Shown here: in pieces, positions 20,985 to 30,785 of the stretch | Numbering within the stretch: position 1 is the stretch's first letter | How the letters are laid out: every line of letters begins with the position of its first letter | NCBI GenBank assembly: GCA_949502235.1 | Contig: CATBDC010000012.1 | Location: 7,473-71,472, forward strand | Reading direction: 5' to 3' | Origin: an uncultured Lachnospiraceae bacterium | GTDB lineage: Bacteria; Bacillota; Clostridia; Lachnospirales; Lachnospiraceae | DNA length: 64,000 nucleotides | Program-made: the position numbers and the translations under genes | Notes under the pieces: model-generated | The model's database searches: none | Told to the model about the DNA's origin: nothing | The model's input: only the letters and a program-made list of their open reading frames with translations

Positions 20985-21341
20985 GTGAATAGAGTGCAGG
21001 TAAGACGCGGTGATATCTTTTATGCAGATTTAAGTCCGGTAGTCGGCTCAGAACAGGGTGGAATCAGGCCGGTGCTGATTATACAGAATGATGTGGGAAA
21101 CAGACACAGCCCGACTGTGATCTGTGCTGCCATTACTTCAAGAATGAATAAGGCGAAGCTTCCGACACATGTGGAGATTGATGCAAAAAAATATCAGATA
21201 GTAAAGAATTCTGTGATATTATTAGAACAGATAAGAACCATTGACAAGCAGAGACTTAAGGATCTGGTCTGTCATCTGGATAAAGAAATCATGTACAAGG
21301 TTGATGAAGCGGTGAAGGTAAGTTTTGAGCTTCATACATAA
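20985..21341 (+). CDS. mazF: MazF/PemK-family endoribonuclease toxin (EndoA/NdoA ortholog)
   Basis: [29 protein letters not shown]...[14 protein letters not shown]...[14 protein letters not shown] is nearly collinear with B. subtilis EndoA as I remember it. Only GTG starts are available (20985 or 20994). alr-mazF synteny as in Bacillus. Confidence 0.9.
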   Translation: MNRVQVRRGDIFYADLSPVVGSEQGGIRPVLIIQNDVGNRHSPTVICAAITSRMNKAKLPTHVEIDAKKYQIVKNSVILLEQIRTIDKQRLKDLVCHLDKEIMYKVDEAVKVSFELHT

Positions 21342-21367
21342 GAAAGAGGAGTTAATATAAAAAGATT

Positions 21368-22153
21368 ATGGAAGACGGCAGTTTATTTGGGAGAATGAGA
21401 CAGCTATTTCAGGTAGAGGAAGAGGATACAGAGCTTCAAAAGGAAGCGGCAGGATTAATCCGCAATATTATCCGTTATCTGGATAAGGATGCAAAGGATA
21501 TTATGACCCACCGGAGAAATATCGTGGCAATTGACGAAGAGGAGAAGCTGGAGGATGCGCTTAAATTTATGCTGGAGGAAAATTATTCCCGGTTTCCTGT
21601 TTTTAAGGAGGACATAGACGAGATAATCGGTTTTATGCATCTAAGGGAGGCAGTGACCTGTTATCTCGATAAGGATTTAAGGCAGGTTCCCATAAAAGAG
21701 CTAAAAGATTACATACGGCCGGTAACTTTTATTCCGGAGACGAAGAGTATTGATACCTTATTCAAGGAAATGCAGACTGTAAAAAGTCATATTGCAATTG
21801 TGGTTGATGAGTACGGACAGACAGCGGGGCTTGTCGCCCTGGAGGATATCTTAGAGGAGATTGTAGGCAATATTCTGGATGAATATGACGAGGAAGAGGA
21901 AGAGATTCTCCTGCAGGCGGACGGCAGCATGCTCGTAAGAGGCATGACTGGTCTGGAAAGGCTGGAAGACCGTATGTCCGTTGCATTTGAAAAGGAGGAA
22001 TATGAGACCCTGAACGGGTTTTTAGTAGCAAAGCTTGACCGGATTCTAGGTGAAGATGAAATGTGTGTAATTGAGTATGAGGGATACCGGTTCACTGTTC
22101 TTGAGGTAAATGATAATACAATCCAGAGAGTTAAGATTGAAAAACTTGTGTGA
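21368..22153 (+). CDS. CorC/YbeX-like protein (CBS pair + CorC_HlyC domain, no membrane domain)
   Basis: 261 aa. Has a CBS-pair region ([14 protein letters not shown]...) and a C-terminal transporter-associated domain. The N-terminal DUF21 TM region is absent. Confidence 0.75.
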   Translation: MEDGSLFGRMRQLFQVEEEDTELQKEAAGLIRNIIRYLDKDAKDIMTHRRNIVAIDEEEKLEDALKFMLEENYSRFPVFKEDIDEIIGFMHLREAVTCYLDKDLRQVPIKELKDYIRPVTFIPETKSIDTLFKEMQTVKSHIAIVVDEYGQTAGLVALEDILEEIVGNILDEYDEEEEEILLQADGSMLVRGMTGLERLEDRMSVAFEKEEYETLNGFLVAKLDRILGEDEMCVIEYEGYRFTVLEVNDNTIQRVKIEKLV

Positions 22154-22165
22154 GCGTGCTAGAAT

Positions 22166-22180
22166 GGTTACTGTTCACAG
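22166..22180 (+). repeat. Copy of the dispersed short repeat (GGTTACTGTTCACAG)
   Basis: Contains the exact 12-mer GTTACTGTTCAC. Intergenic, between the corC-like gene and yebC. Confidence 0.7.
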
Positions 22181-22245
22181 AGCTGCGGGTTTATCTGGAA
22201 TGGCCGGCGCAGGAAGGAAAGAAAAGGATAAGGAGAGGAAAGGAT

Positions 22246-22977
22246 ATGTCAGGACATTCAAAATTTGCAAATATTAAACATAAAAAGGAAAAAAATGATG
22301 CCGCAAAGGGAAAGATATTCACGAAAATCGGGAAGGAGCTTGCGGTTGCGGTAAAAGAGGGCGGAAGCGCTGACCCTGCAAATAACAGCAGGCTTCGGGA
22401 TGTGATTGCCAAGGCTAAGGCAAATAACATGCCCAATGACACTATTGACAGAAATATTAAGAAGGCAGACGGGGACGCGAACGCGGCCAATTACGAATAT
22501 ATTACATATGAGGGGTACGGTCCGAACGGCACCGCAATTATTGTGGAGGCTCTTACAGATAACAGAAACCGTACTGCCACCAATGTAAAAAATGCCTTTA
22601 CAAAGGGAAAGGGCAATGTAGGAACCCCGGGCTGTGTATCCTTTATGTTCGATAAAAAGGGACAGATTGTTATTGATAAGGAAGAATATGAATGTGACGC
22701 GGACGAGCTTATGATGACCGCCCTGGATGCGGGGGCGGAGGATTTTACGGAGGAGGAAGACAGCTATGAGATTCTTACCTCTCCGGAGGATTTCAGTACG
22801 GTGCGCCAGACCCTTGAGGAGGCAGGGATCCCTATGGCTGCGGCAGAGGTTACCATGATTCCCCAGACTTATGTGGAGCTTACAGATGAAAAGGATATCG
22901 CTGGTATTCAGAAAACACTGGATATGCTGGACGATGACGATGATGTGCAGAACGTATACCACAACTGGGATGAGTAG
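22246..22977 (+). CDS. yebC: YebC/PmpR family DNA-binding transcriptional regulator
   Basis: Canonical N-terminus [14 protein letters not shown] at the internal ATG 22246. The family is highly conserved. Confidence 0.93.
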   Translation: MSGHSKFANIKHKKEKNDAAKGKIFTKIGKELAVAVKEGGSADPANNSRLRDVIAKAKANNMPNDTIDRNIKKADGDANAANYEYITYEGYGPNGTAIIVEALTDNRNRTATNVKNAFTKGKGNVGTPGCVSFMFDKKGQIVIDKEEYECDADELMMTALDAGAEDFTEEEDSYEILTSPEDFSTVRQTLEEAGIPMAAAEVTMIPQTYVELTDEKDIAGIQKTLDMLDDDDDVQNVYHNWDE

Positions 22978-22992
22978 CGGCGGGGGATATGG

Positions 22993-23772
22993 ATGGAGAA
23001 GATAAAAGAAGAATTGTTAATTCTGTTTGACGATATGCTCTCCCAGACGGGTTCTTTTAAGAAAAAGACCTATAAAGGAATATTCGAACAGGCATATGAG
23101 AAACATAAGGGAGTTGTCTCTGACATTTTGGCTCTGTGCGAAGGGAAGACAGATGAGGAGCGGGAGAAAATAACCGATGAGCTGGCGGATGTTCTTCCTG
23201 ATCATGCCTGTGAAAGGCTTCAGGATATCCCAAAGATAAAAAGGGAGCGGGCATCCATTGATTATAATATGAATATGGTTGTTTATGTTGTGCCGATCCT
23301 GACCTATACGAAGGAGGAAAACTTAGAAAGGCTGGCAGAAAAGACCGTAAAGCGGTGGAATGAAAAGAAGATGAATTCGCTGACTTTAAGCATTTCCTCT
23401 TATGAGACCATCGCGGGAGGCTTCAGGAACGGCCTCTGCTATATTACCACTGCTGTCTGCACATACCAGGGGAAGCCGGATGACTGCTATGAGCTTGCGT
23501 TACTCCGCAGATACCGTGACACCTATCTTTTGAGCACCAGGGAGGGAAGAAGGCTTGTCCGGGAATATTATGATACGGCTCCGTACCTTGTGCAGGTTTT
23601 GGAAATGTGTAAAAATGCGGGAGAGATATATGATGAGCTTTACCGCATGTATCTTTTGCCATGCATCTCATATATAGAGCAGAAGAAATACGAGGAATGT
23701 AAACGCGCATATATGGATATGGTGCGCGCTCTGCAGGAAAAATATTTATGTTTACAGGAGGTAAGCGCGTGA
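22993..23772 (+). CDS. Hypothetical protein with a conserved Cys-rich C-Y-I-T-T-A-V-C ... LRRYRDTYL motif
   Basis: 259-aa ORF with coding-like composition. I can assign no function. Confidence 0.5.
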   Translation: MEKIKEELLILFDDMLSQTGSFKKKTYKGIFEQAYEKHKGVVSDILALCEGKTDEEREKITDELADVLPDHACERLQDIPKIKRERASIDYNMNMVVYVVPILTYTKEENLERLAEKTVKRWNEKKMNSLTLSISSYETIAGGFRNGLCYITTAVCTYQGKPDDCYELALLRRYRDTYLLSTREGRRLVREYYDTAPYLVQVLEMCKNAGEIYDELYRMYLLPCISYIEQKKYEECKRAYMDMVRALQEKYLCLQEVSA

Positions 23773-25049
23773 GTAACTACAAGATTGAAACAAAGTGCAT
23801 ACAGTCCGGTTATGAGCCGGGAAACGGGGAGGCCAGGGTGCTTCCTATTTATCAGAGCACGACCTTTAAATATGCAAGCAGCGAGCAGATGGGCCGGCTT
23901 TTTGATCTGGAAGAGTCAGGATATTTCTATACAAGGCTTCAGAATCCTACCAATGACGCGGTGGCAGCCAAGATCTGCGATTTAGAGGGCGGGGCGGCGG
24001 CCATGCTTACATCGTCAGGACAGGCGGCAAATTTTTATGCGGTTATGAATATTGCACAGGCGGGAGATCACATTGTATGTGCCTCTGCCCTTTACGGCGG
24101 TACATATAACCTGTATGCCCATACCATCCGCAAGATGGGCGTGGAGGCAACCTTTGTTGATCCGGAATGTACCAAGGAGGAGCTTGAGGCCGCTTTTCAG
24201 GATAATACGAAGGCCGTATTCGGAGAAGCCATAGCAAATCCGGCTCTGGTTGTGCTTGATTTTGAAAAATTCGCAGAGGCTGCTCATGCCCATGGCGTAC
24301 CGTTCATTGTGGACAATACCTTTGCTACCCCAGTGAATTTAAGGCCCTTTGAATGGGGAGCGGATATCGTGACACACTCTACCACAAAATATATGGACGG
24401 ACATGCCACATGTGTAGGCGGAGCGATTGTTGACAGCGGAAATTTTGACTGGGAAGCCTTTGGGGATAAGTTTCCGGGGCTTACCACGCCGGATGAGACT
24501 TATCACGGGATTATATATACAAAAAAGTTTGGAAAAGGGGCCTATATCACAAAAGCGACCGCCCAGCTTATGAGGGATCTGGGCTCTATTCAGTCGCCGC
24601 AGAACGCGTTCCTTCTGAACCTCGGCCTTGAGACACTGCACCTTCGTATGGAAAGACACTGCGAAAATGCATTAAAGGCGGCAGAATACCTTAAGGGACA
24701 TAAGAAGGTGGCGTGGGTCAGCTACCCGTCCCTCCCGGGAGATAAGTATTATGAGCTGGCTAAAAAGTATATGCCGGGCGGCACCTGCGGCGTCCTTACC
24801 TTTGGATTAAAGGGCGGACGGGATGCGGCAGTTAAGATGATGGACAGCTTAAAGATGATAGCCATTGTGACCCATGTGGCAGATGCAAGAAGCTGTGTGC
24901 TTCATCCGGCAAGCCATACCCACCGCCAGATGAATGATCAGGAATTAATGGAGGCAGGAGTGCAGCCGGACCTGATCCGTTTCAGTGTGGGCATTGAAAG
25001 CATTGAGGATATTGTGGCAGATTTAAAACAGGCATTAGAGCAGGTATAA
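23769..25049 (+). CDS. metY: O-acetylhomoserine aminocarboxypropyltransferase (sulfhydrylase)
   Basis: Cys/Met-metabolism PLP family (HSTTKYMDGH lysine motif, about 425 aa). AGGAGG lies 7 nt upstream of the GTG at 23769. Confidence 0.87.
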   Translation: MSNYKIETKCIQSGYEPGNGEARVLPIYQSTTFKYASSEQMGRLFDLEESGYFYTRLQNPTNDAVAAKICDLEGGAAAMLTSSGQAANFYAVMNIAQAGDHIVCASALYGGTYNLYAHTIRKMGVEATFVDPECTKEELEAAFQDNTKAVFGEAIANPALVVLDFEKFAEAAHAHGVPFIVDNTFATPVNLRPFEWGADIVTHSTTKYMDGHATCVGGAIVDSGNFDWEAFGDKFPGLTTPDETYHGIIYTKKFGKGAYITKATAQLMRDLGSIQSPQNAFLLNLGLETLHLRMERHCENALKAAEYLKGHKKVAWVSYPSLPGDKYYELAKKYMPGGTCGVLTFGLKGGRDAAVKMMDSLKMIAIVTHVADARSCVLHPASHTHRQMNDQELMEAGVQPDLIRFSVGIESIEDIVADLKQALEQV

Positions 25050-25098
25050 AATCAGGGAAACACTTCCATACTAAAGGTGTATGGAGGTGTTTTTGTGT

Positions 25099-25806
25099 AT
25101 GGAAGAAAAACAGAAAAGCGAAGGGGAAAAGCAGGAACAGATTAAGGAAATGGGGAGCATAAATCTTGAGGAGAACAAGAAGCAGAATAAAATCAAGCTG
25201 CTTACAATTATCGGGGAAATCGAGGGGCATGAGGCAGTATCCGGAAGCACGAAGGCCACAAAATACGAGCATCTGCTTCCCATGCTGGCAGAGATAGAGG
25301 ACAGTAAGGAGATAGACGGGCTTTTAATTCTCCTTCACACAATGGGAGGAGACGTAGAGGCAGGCCTTTCCATTGCGGAGATGATCGCGTCCCTTAGCAA
25401 GCCTACCGTATCCCTTGTATTAGGGGGAAGCCATTCTATCGGAGGCCCTCTTGCGGTGGCGGCAAAGTATTCCTTTATTGTACCAACGGGTACGATGATT
25501 ATACATCCCGTGCGCTCAAACGGGATGTTTATCGGGGTGAAGCAGAGCCTTCAGAACATGATACGTACACAGGACCGTATTACCGGGTTCCTGGCAAAAC
25601 ATTCCAAGATGAAAAAGGAGCGGGTGGAAGAGCTTATGCTGAATCCCACGGAGCTTGTAAAGGATGTGGGAACACTCCTTGAAGGGGAGGAGGCAGTAGC
25701 GGAAGGCCTCATCGATGAGGTGGGCGGAATGAGCGATGCGCTAAGGAAACTGCATGAAATGATAGACGAAAAAAAATTAGGTAATGACAGTGACCCTTTA
25801 AAATGA
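25099..25806 (+). CDS. tepA: ClpP-like translocation-enhancing protein TepA
   Basis: IIGEIEGHE...TKYEHLLP...GGDVEAGLSIAEMIASLSKPTVSLVLGG matches the B. subtilis TepA (YmfB) type. Sits immediately upstream of ftsK/spoIIIE, as in Bacillus. Confidence 0.8.
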   Translation: MEEKQKSEGEKQEQIKEMGSINLEENKKQNKIKLLTIIGEIEGHEAVSGSTKATKYEHLLPMLAEIEDSKEIDGLLILLHTMGGDVEAGLSIAEMIASLSKPTVSLVLGGSHSIGGPLAVAAKYSFIVPTGTMIIHPVRSNGMFIGVKQSLQNMIRTQDRITGFLAKHSKMKKERVEELMLNPTELVKDVGTLLEGEEAVAEGLIDEVGGMSDALRKLHEMIDEKKLGNDSDPLK

Positions 25807-25849
25807 TATACTATTACCAGTATGTTCTAATTAATAAGGGGGAGAGAGC

Positions 25850-28222
25850 ATGGCTGCAAAATCAAAAAGAAAGAAAAGTATTAGGCAGACAAAGAAAACA
25901 GCACCGGAAAAAAGCTTTCTTGGAGATGAGATTTTTATATGGCTGACACTCGCGGTCAGTATTCTTATACTGCTTAGCAATTTTGGCCTGGGCGGAAAGG
26001 CCGGTGCGTTTACTGCTTCAGTGCTTATGGATATTTTCGGCTGGGTTGCCTACATGGTGCCGTTTATTTTATTCGGGGCAGTTGCCTTTATTATATCTAA
26101 TAAAGGCAATCTCACCGCATATGTAAAAGCAGGGGCCGGAGGTATCCTTACTGTTCTTACCTGCACCTTTTTTGAGCTTATCTGTGAGGAAGGCGGAATG
26201 TTAGGAAATATAACCGCCGGACTTCTCGTACCTGCAGTGGGGGTAATCGGTACATATGTAGTGGTGATTATCTGTATGATTATCTGTATGGTGATTATCA
26301 CCGGGAAGTCAGCCCTTAAGGGCGTAAAAAAGCAGAGCGGCAGAGCTTACCATAAGGCAAGGGAGGACGCCTTAAGAAGACAGGAGACTGCCAGAATCAG
26401 AAAGGAAAAAGCAGGGGATACAAAGAAAAAGAGAAGTGAAAGACACGTAGAGGGTGTATCCTTTGATACGGCCATCTCAAAGAAATCGCCAAAGATGAAG
26501 GAGATAAAAGCAGAGCCAGTAATAGAAGAGGCTGCAAAAACAGAGCCTGTAATAGAAGAAGTGAAGCCTGCGAAGGAAAGACCTGTGCCTGAATTTGTCA
26601 TTAACCGGGGAGGGGAAAAGCAGGAGCCTCCTTTCCAGGAGGACATACTTCCTCCTGAGAAGCCGGGGAAGGAAAAAGCAAAAGAGAAGGATGAGGCTTC
26701 CATAGAAGATGAGATTTTAAGGACATCCGTTTCTTCTATGGGAGAGGAGGAGAGGCCGAAGAAGAAATATGAGCTTCCGCCCCTTTCTCTTCTTAAAAAA
26801 GGAAGTAAAACAAAGGGAGAATCTGACGAATCCCTCCGGGGGACAGCCATGAAGCTGCAGCAGATTCTTCAGAATTTCGGGGTAAATGTTACGGTGACCA
26901 ATGTAAGTTGCGGCCCGTCAGTGACAAGATATGAGCTGCAGCCGGAGATGGGAGTAAAGGTGAGCAAGATTGTAGGGCTTGCCGATGATATTAAGCTGAA
27001 TCTGGCAGCGGCGGATATCCGTATTGAGGCACCTATTCCCGGCAAGGCAGCAGTGGGAATCGAGGTTCCCAACAAGGAAAATTCCGCGGTTATGCTAAGA
27101 GATCTTCTGGAGTCCAGGGAATTTAAGGAAAATAAATCCAAAATTGCCTTTGCGGCAGGGAAGGACATCGGAGGAAAGGCTGTTGTTGCCGATATCGCCA
27201 AGATGCCCCATGTGCTTATTGCGGGAGCCACCGGTTCTGGAAAGTCGGTCTGCATTAACACATTGATTATGAGTATACTCTATAAAGCATCGCCTGACGA
27301 GGTTAAGCTGATTATGATTGACCCCAAGGTGGTAGAGCTAAGCGTTTATAACGGGATTCCCCACCTTATGATTCCGGTGGTGACAGATCCCAAGAAGGCG
27401 GCGGGTGCGCTCAACTGGGCGGTTGCGGAGATGACCCGCAGATACCAGGAGTTTGCGGAACATTCTGTCAGGGATATGAAGGGATACAATGATAAGGTAA
27501 AAAGGATGCCTGATACAGAAGAGGATAAGCCGGCCCTCATGCCCCAGATTGTTGTGATTGTGGACGAGCTTGCGGATCTTATGATGGTGGCGTCAGGCGA
27601 GGTGGAGGAGGCTATCTGCCGTCTTGCCCAGCTCGCAAGAGCGGCGGGGATTCACCTTGTAATTGCAACCCAGAGGCCGTCAGTGAATGTCATTACAGGA
27701 CTTATTAAGGCAAATATGCCATCGAGAATCGCATTTTCCGTGTCATCAGGAGTAGATTCCCGCACAATTATTGACATGAACGGTGCGGAAAAGCTTCTTG
27801 GAAAGGGAGATATGCTGTTTTACCCGGCAGGTTATCAGAAGCCTGCCAGAGTACAGGGCTCCTTTGTGTCGGATAAGGAGGTCCAGGATGTGGTAGATTA
27901 TCTGATACATAACAACGGAGAGTCTGTCTATGACGATGAGATTGTGACTCATGTAAATACGGTAAATGTAGGGACAAAAGGGGCAGAAAGCCCGGAAGGG
28001 GATGAACGCGACATGTATTTTGCAGATGCAGGCCGCCTCATTATAGAGAAAGAAAAGGCATCCATCGGGATGCTGCAGAGATCATTTAAGATTGGCTTTA
28101 ACAGGGCGGCAAGAATTATGGATCAGCTCTGTGAAGCAGGGGTCGTTGGAGGAGAGGAGGGCACAAAGCCCAGAAAAATACTGATGACGCCAGAGGAATT
28201 CGAAAATTACTGTTCACAGTAA
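25850..28222 (+). CDS. ftsK: DNA translocase FtsK/SpoIIIE
   Basis: 790 aa. N-terminal TM helices, a charged linker, a motor domain ([20 protein letters not shown]) and a C-terminal gamma winged helix. Confidence 0.95.
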   Translation: MAAKSKRKKSIRQTKKTAPEKSFLGDEIFIWLTLAVSILILLSNFGLGGKAGAFTASVLMDIFGWVAYMVPFILFGAVAFIISNKGNLTAYVKAGAGGILTVLTCTFFELICEEGGMLGNITAGLLVPAVGVIGTYVVVIICMIICMVIITGKSALKGVKKQSGRAYHKAREDALRRQETARIRKEKAGDTKKKRSERHVEGVSFDTAISKKSPKMKEIKAEPVIEEAAKTEPVIEEVKPAKERPVPEFVINRGGEKQEPPFQEDILPPEKPGKEKAKEKDEASIEDEILRTSVSSMGEEERPKKKYELPPLSLLKKGSKTKGESDESLRGTAMKLQQILQNFGVNVTVTNVSCGPSVTRYELQPEMGVKVSKIVGLADDIKLNLAAADIRIEAPIPGKAAVGIEVPNKENSAVMLRDLLESREFKENKSKIAFAAGKDIGGKAVVADIAKMPHVLIAGATGSGKSVCINTLIMSILYKASPDEVKLIMIDPKVVELSVYNGIPHLMIPVVTDPKKAAGALNWAVAEMTRRYQEFAEHSVRDMKGYNDKVKRMPDTEEDKPALMPQIVVIVDELADLMMVASGEVEEAICRLAQLARAAGIHLVIATQRPSVNVITGLIKANMPSRIAFSVSSGVDSRTIIDMNGAEKLLGKGDMLFYPAGYQKPARVQGSFVSDKEVQDVVDYLIHNNGESVYDDEIVTHVNTVNVGTKGAESPEGDERDMYFADAGRLIIEKEKASIGMLQRSFKIGFNRAARIMDQLCEAGVVGGEEGTKPRKILMTPEEFENYCSQ
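28207..28222 (+). repeat. Near-copy of the dispersed short repeat (TTACTGTTCACAGTAA), overlapping the last ftsK codons
   Basis: Matches 11 of 12 positions of GTTACTGTTCAC. Self-complementary ends TTACTG/CAGTAA. Confidence 0.5.
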
Positions 28223-28247
28223 GCAGATGAAAGGAGAACGTAAGGCA

Positions 28248-29918
28248 ATGAAAACAGATATCCAGATAGCACAGGAGGCAAGCATGCTGCATATCAAAGA
28301 TGTTGCGGCAAAATTAGGAATCAGGGAGGACGAATTAGAGTTCTACGGAAAATATAAGGCAAAGCTTTCAGATGAGCTGTGGGAAGAAATAAAAGATCGC
28401 CCGGATGGGAAGCTTGTACTTGTTACTGCGATCAACCCCACGCCGGCAGGAGAAGGAAAGACAACGGTTACCGTAGGCCTGGGGCAGGCCATGGCAAAGC
28501 TTAACCAGAAGGCAGTCATCGCCCTTCGGGAGCCTTCCCTTGGGCCATGCTTTGGAATTAAGGGGGGAGCGGCAGGAGGAGGATACTCCCAGGTTGTTCC
28601 CATGGAGGATTTGAACCTTCATTTTACCGGAGACTTTCACGCCATTACTTCGGCAAATAATCTGCTGGCCGCGCTGCTTGATAACCATATTCAGCAGGGC
28701 AACGCACTTCAGATAGACCCAAGGCAGGTTGTATGGAAACGCTGTCTTGATATGAATGACAGAAACTTAAGAAATATTGTAGTGGGTCTTGGAAGCAAGA
28801 TGGACGGAATGGTAAGAGAAGATCATTTTGTTATTACGGTTGCTTCTGAAATCATGGCGATCCTTTGTCTTGCCGATGATCTTCAGGATTTAAAAAGAAG
28901 GCTTGGAAAGATTGTTGTGGCATACAATTTCAGCGGGGATCCCGTAACGGCGGACGACCTTCAGGCAACAGGCGCCATGACGGCCCTTCTTAAGGATGCA
29001 ATTAAGCCTAACATTATCCAGACCCTTGAGCATACACCGGCGCTTGTACACGGGGGGCCGTTCGCGAATATTGCCCATGGCTGCAACAGTGTGCGTGCAA
29101 CGAAGATGGCTCTTAAGATGAGCGACATTACGATTACGGAGGCTGGCTTCGGGGCAGACTTAGGAGCAGAGAAGTTCTTTGATATTAAGTGCCGGAAGGC
29201 AGGGCTTAAGCCGGATGCGGTTGTTCTTGTTGCGACTGTCCGCGCCCTTAAGTATAATGGAGGAGTGCAAAGGGCAGAGCTGGAGAGGGAGAATCTTAAT
29301 GCTCTAAAAAAGGGAATTGTGAATCTTGAAAAGCATATTGAAAATATACAGAAATATGGTGTGCCTGTTGTGGTTGCCCTTAATTCCTTTGTGTCAGACA
29401 CACAGGCGGAGTATGAGTTTGTCCGCGGCTTCTGCGAGGATAAGGGATGTGAATTCGCTCTTGCAGAGGTATGGGCAAAGGGAGGCGAAGGCGGAAAGGC
29501 TCTTGCAGAGAAGGTGCTTGAAACTCTAAAGACAAAGGAGAGCCATTTCCATCCTCTTTATGCCGATGAGCTTTCTCTTGAAGAGAAGATTGAGACAGTT
29601 GCAAAAGAGATATACGGGGCAAGAGGCGTGATATATGAGCCTTCGGCAAAGAAGCAGCTGGCAAAGATTGAGTCAATGGGCTTTGGGGCTCTTCCGGTCT
29701 GCATGGCAAAGACACAGTATTCCCTGTCTGATGATGCCGCAAAGCTTGGAAGGCCAGAGGATTTTGACGTAAAGATCCGGGAGGTTTATGTAAGTGCGGG
29801 CGCCGGCTTTATTGTAGCCATTACCGGAGCGATTATGACCATGCCGGGTCTTCCGAAGGTTCCGGCGGCAAATGGCATAGATGTATCAGAGGATGGCAAT
29901 ATTACAGGATTATTCTAA
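28248..29918 (+). CDS. fhs: Formate--tetrahydrofolate ligase
   Basis: [12 protein letters not shown]-terminus, [11 protein letters not shown]-loop, about 556 aa. Confidence 0.95.
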   Translation: MKTDIQIAQEASMLHIKDVAAKLGIREDELEFYGKYKAKLSDELWEEIKDRPDGKLVLVTAINPTPAGEGKTTVTVGLGQAMAKLNQKAVIALREPSLGPCFGIKGGAAGGGYSQVVPMEDLNLHFTGDFHAITSANNLLAALLDNHIQQGNALQIDPRQVVWKRCLDMNDRNLRNIVVGLGSKMDGMVREDHFVITVASEIMAILCLADDLQDLKRRLGKIVVAYNFSGDPVTADDLQATGAMTALLKDAIKPNIIQTLEHTPALVHGGPFANIAHGCNSVRATKMALKMSDITITEAGFGADLGAEKFFDIKCRKAGLKPDAVVLVATVRALKYNGGVQRAELERENLNALKKGIVNLEKHIENIQKYGVPVVVALNSFVSDTQAEYEFVRGFCEDKGCEFALAEVWAKGGEGGKALAEKVLETLKTKESHFHPLYADELSLEEKIETVAKEIYGARGVIYEPSAKKQLAKIESMGFGALPVCMAKTQYSLSDDAAKLGRPEDFDVKIREVYVSAGAGFIVAITGAIMTMPGLPKVPAANGIDVSEDGNITGLF

Positions 29919-29930
29919 GGAGAGAAGCGT

Positions 29931-30770
29931 ATGTCACAGTTAATTGACGGAAAGAAAATTGCGGCCCAGATAAAGGATGAGGTAAAATGTGATGTGGAAA
30001 AACTCCGCGGCCAGGGCATAAGAATCTGCCTTGCCGTTATACAAGTGGGGAAGGATCCGGCTTCTACCGTATATGTGAGGAATAAGAAGAGAGCCTGTGA
30101 ATATGTTGGAATAGAGTCTCTTTCTTATGAGCTCGATGAGACTGTGGCAGAAGAGGAGCTTCTTGCACTTATTGAGGAATTAAATAGGAACAGCAAAGTG
30201 ACAGGAATTTTAGTGCAGCTTCCTCTTCCGGGGCATATTGATGAAAAAAAGGTGATCCGTACCATCAGCCCGGATAAGGATGTAGACGGATTTCACCCGG
30301 AAAGCACAGGAAAGCTCTGTATCGGTGAAAAGGGCCTTCTTCCCTGCACACCGGCAGGAATTATCGAACTACTTAAGCGTTCGGGAATCCAGGTGGGGGG
30401 GAAGGAATGTGTGGTAGTCGGAAGAAGTAATATTGTGGGGAAGCCGGCTGCACTCCTGCTTCTTAGAGAAAACGCCACGGTGACGGTGGCCCATTCCCGT
30501 ACAAAGGATCTAAAAGAGATAACAAGGCGGGCAGACATACTTGTAGCGGCTGTGGGAAAACCCTTATTTATCACTGCTGATTATGTAAAGGAGGGGGCGG
30601 TAGTGATAGACGTGGGAATCCACAGGGATGAAGAAAATCATCTGTGCGGGGATGTTGATTTTGAAAATGTAAAGGGGAAGACAAGTGCAATTACTCCGGT
30701 TCCCGGAGGAGTGGGGCCGATGACGATTGCCATGCTGATGCGTAACTGTGTTGCCGCATCGCAAAAGTAG
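29931..30770 (+). CDS. folD: Bifunctional methylenetetrahydrofolate dehydrogenase/cyclohydrolase
   Basis: Typical FolD motifs (VGKDPASTVYVRNK, GRSNIVGKP, TPVPGGVGPMT). Confidence 0.95.
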   Translation: MSQLIDGKKIAAQIKDEVKCDVEKLRGQGIRICLAVIQVGKDPASTVYVRNKKRACEYVGIESLSYELDETVAEEELLALIEELNRNSKVTGILVQLPLPGHIDEKKVIRTISPDKDVDGFHPESTGKLCIGEKGLLPCTPAGIIELLKRSGIQVGGKECVVVGRSNIVGKPAALLLLRENATVTVAHSRTKDLKEITRRADILVAAVGKPLFITADYVKEGAVVIDVGIHRDEENHLCGDVDFENVKGKTSAITPVPGGVGPMTIAMLMRNCVAASQK

Positions 30771-30785
30771 GAGGTAGGGGAGATA

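Noticed and set aside
22258-22962. 234-aa ORF antisense to yebC
   Set aside because: Same reasoning. yebC is unambiguous, and the antisense product has no recognisable features.
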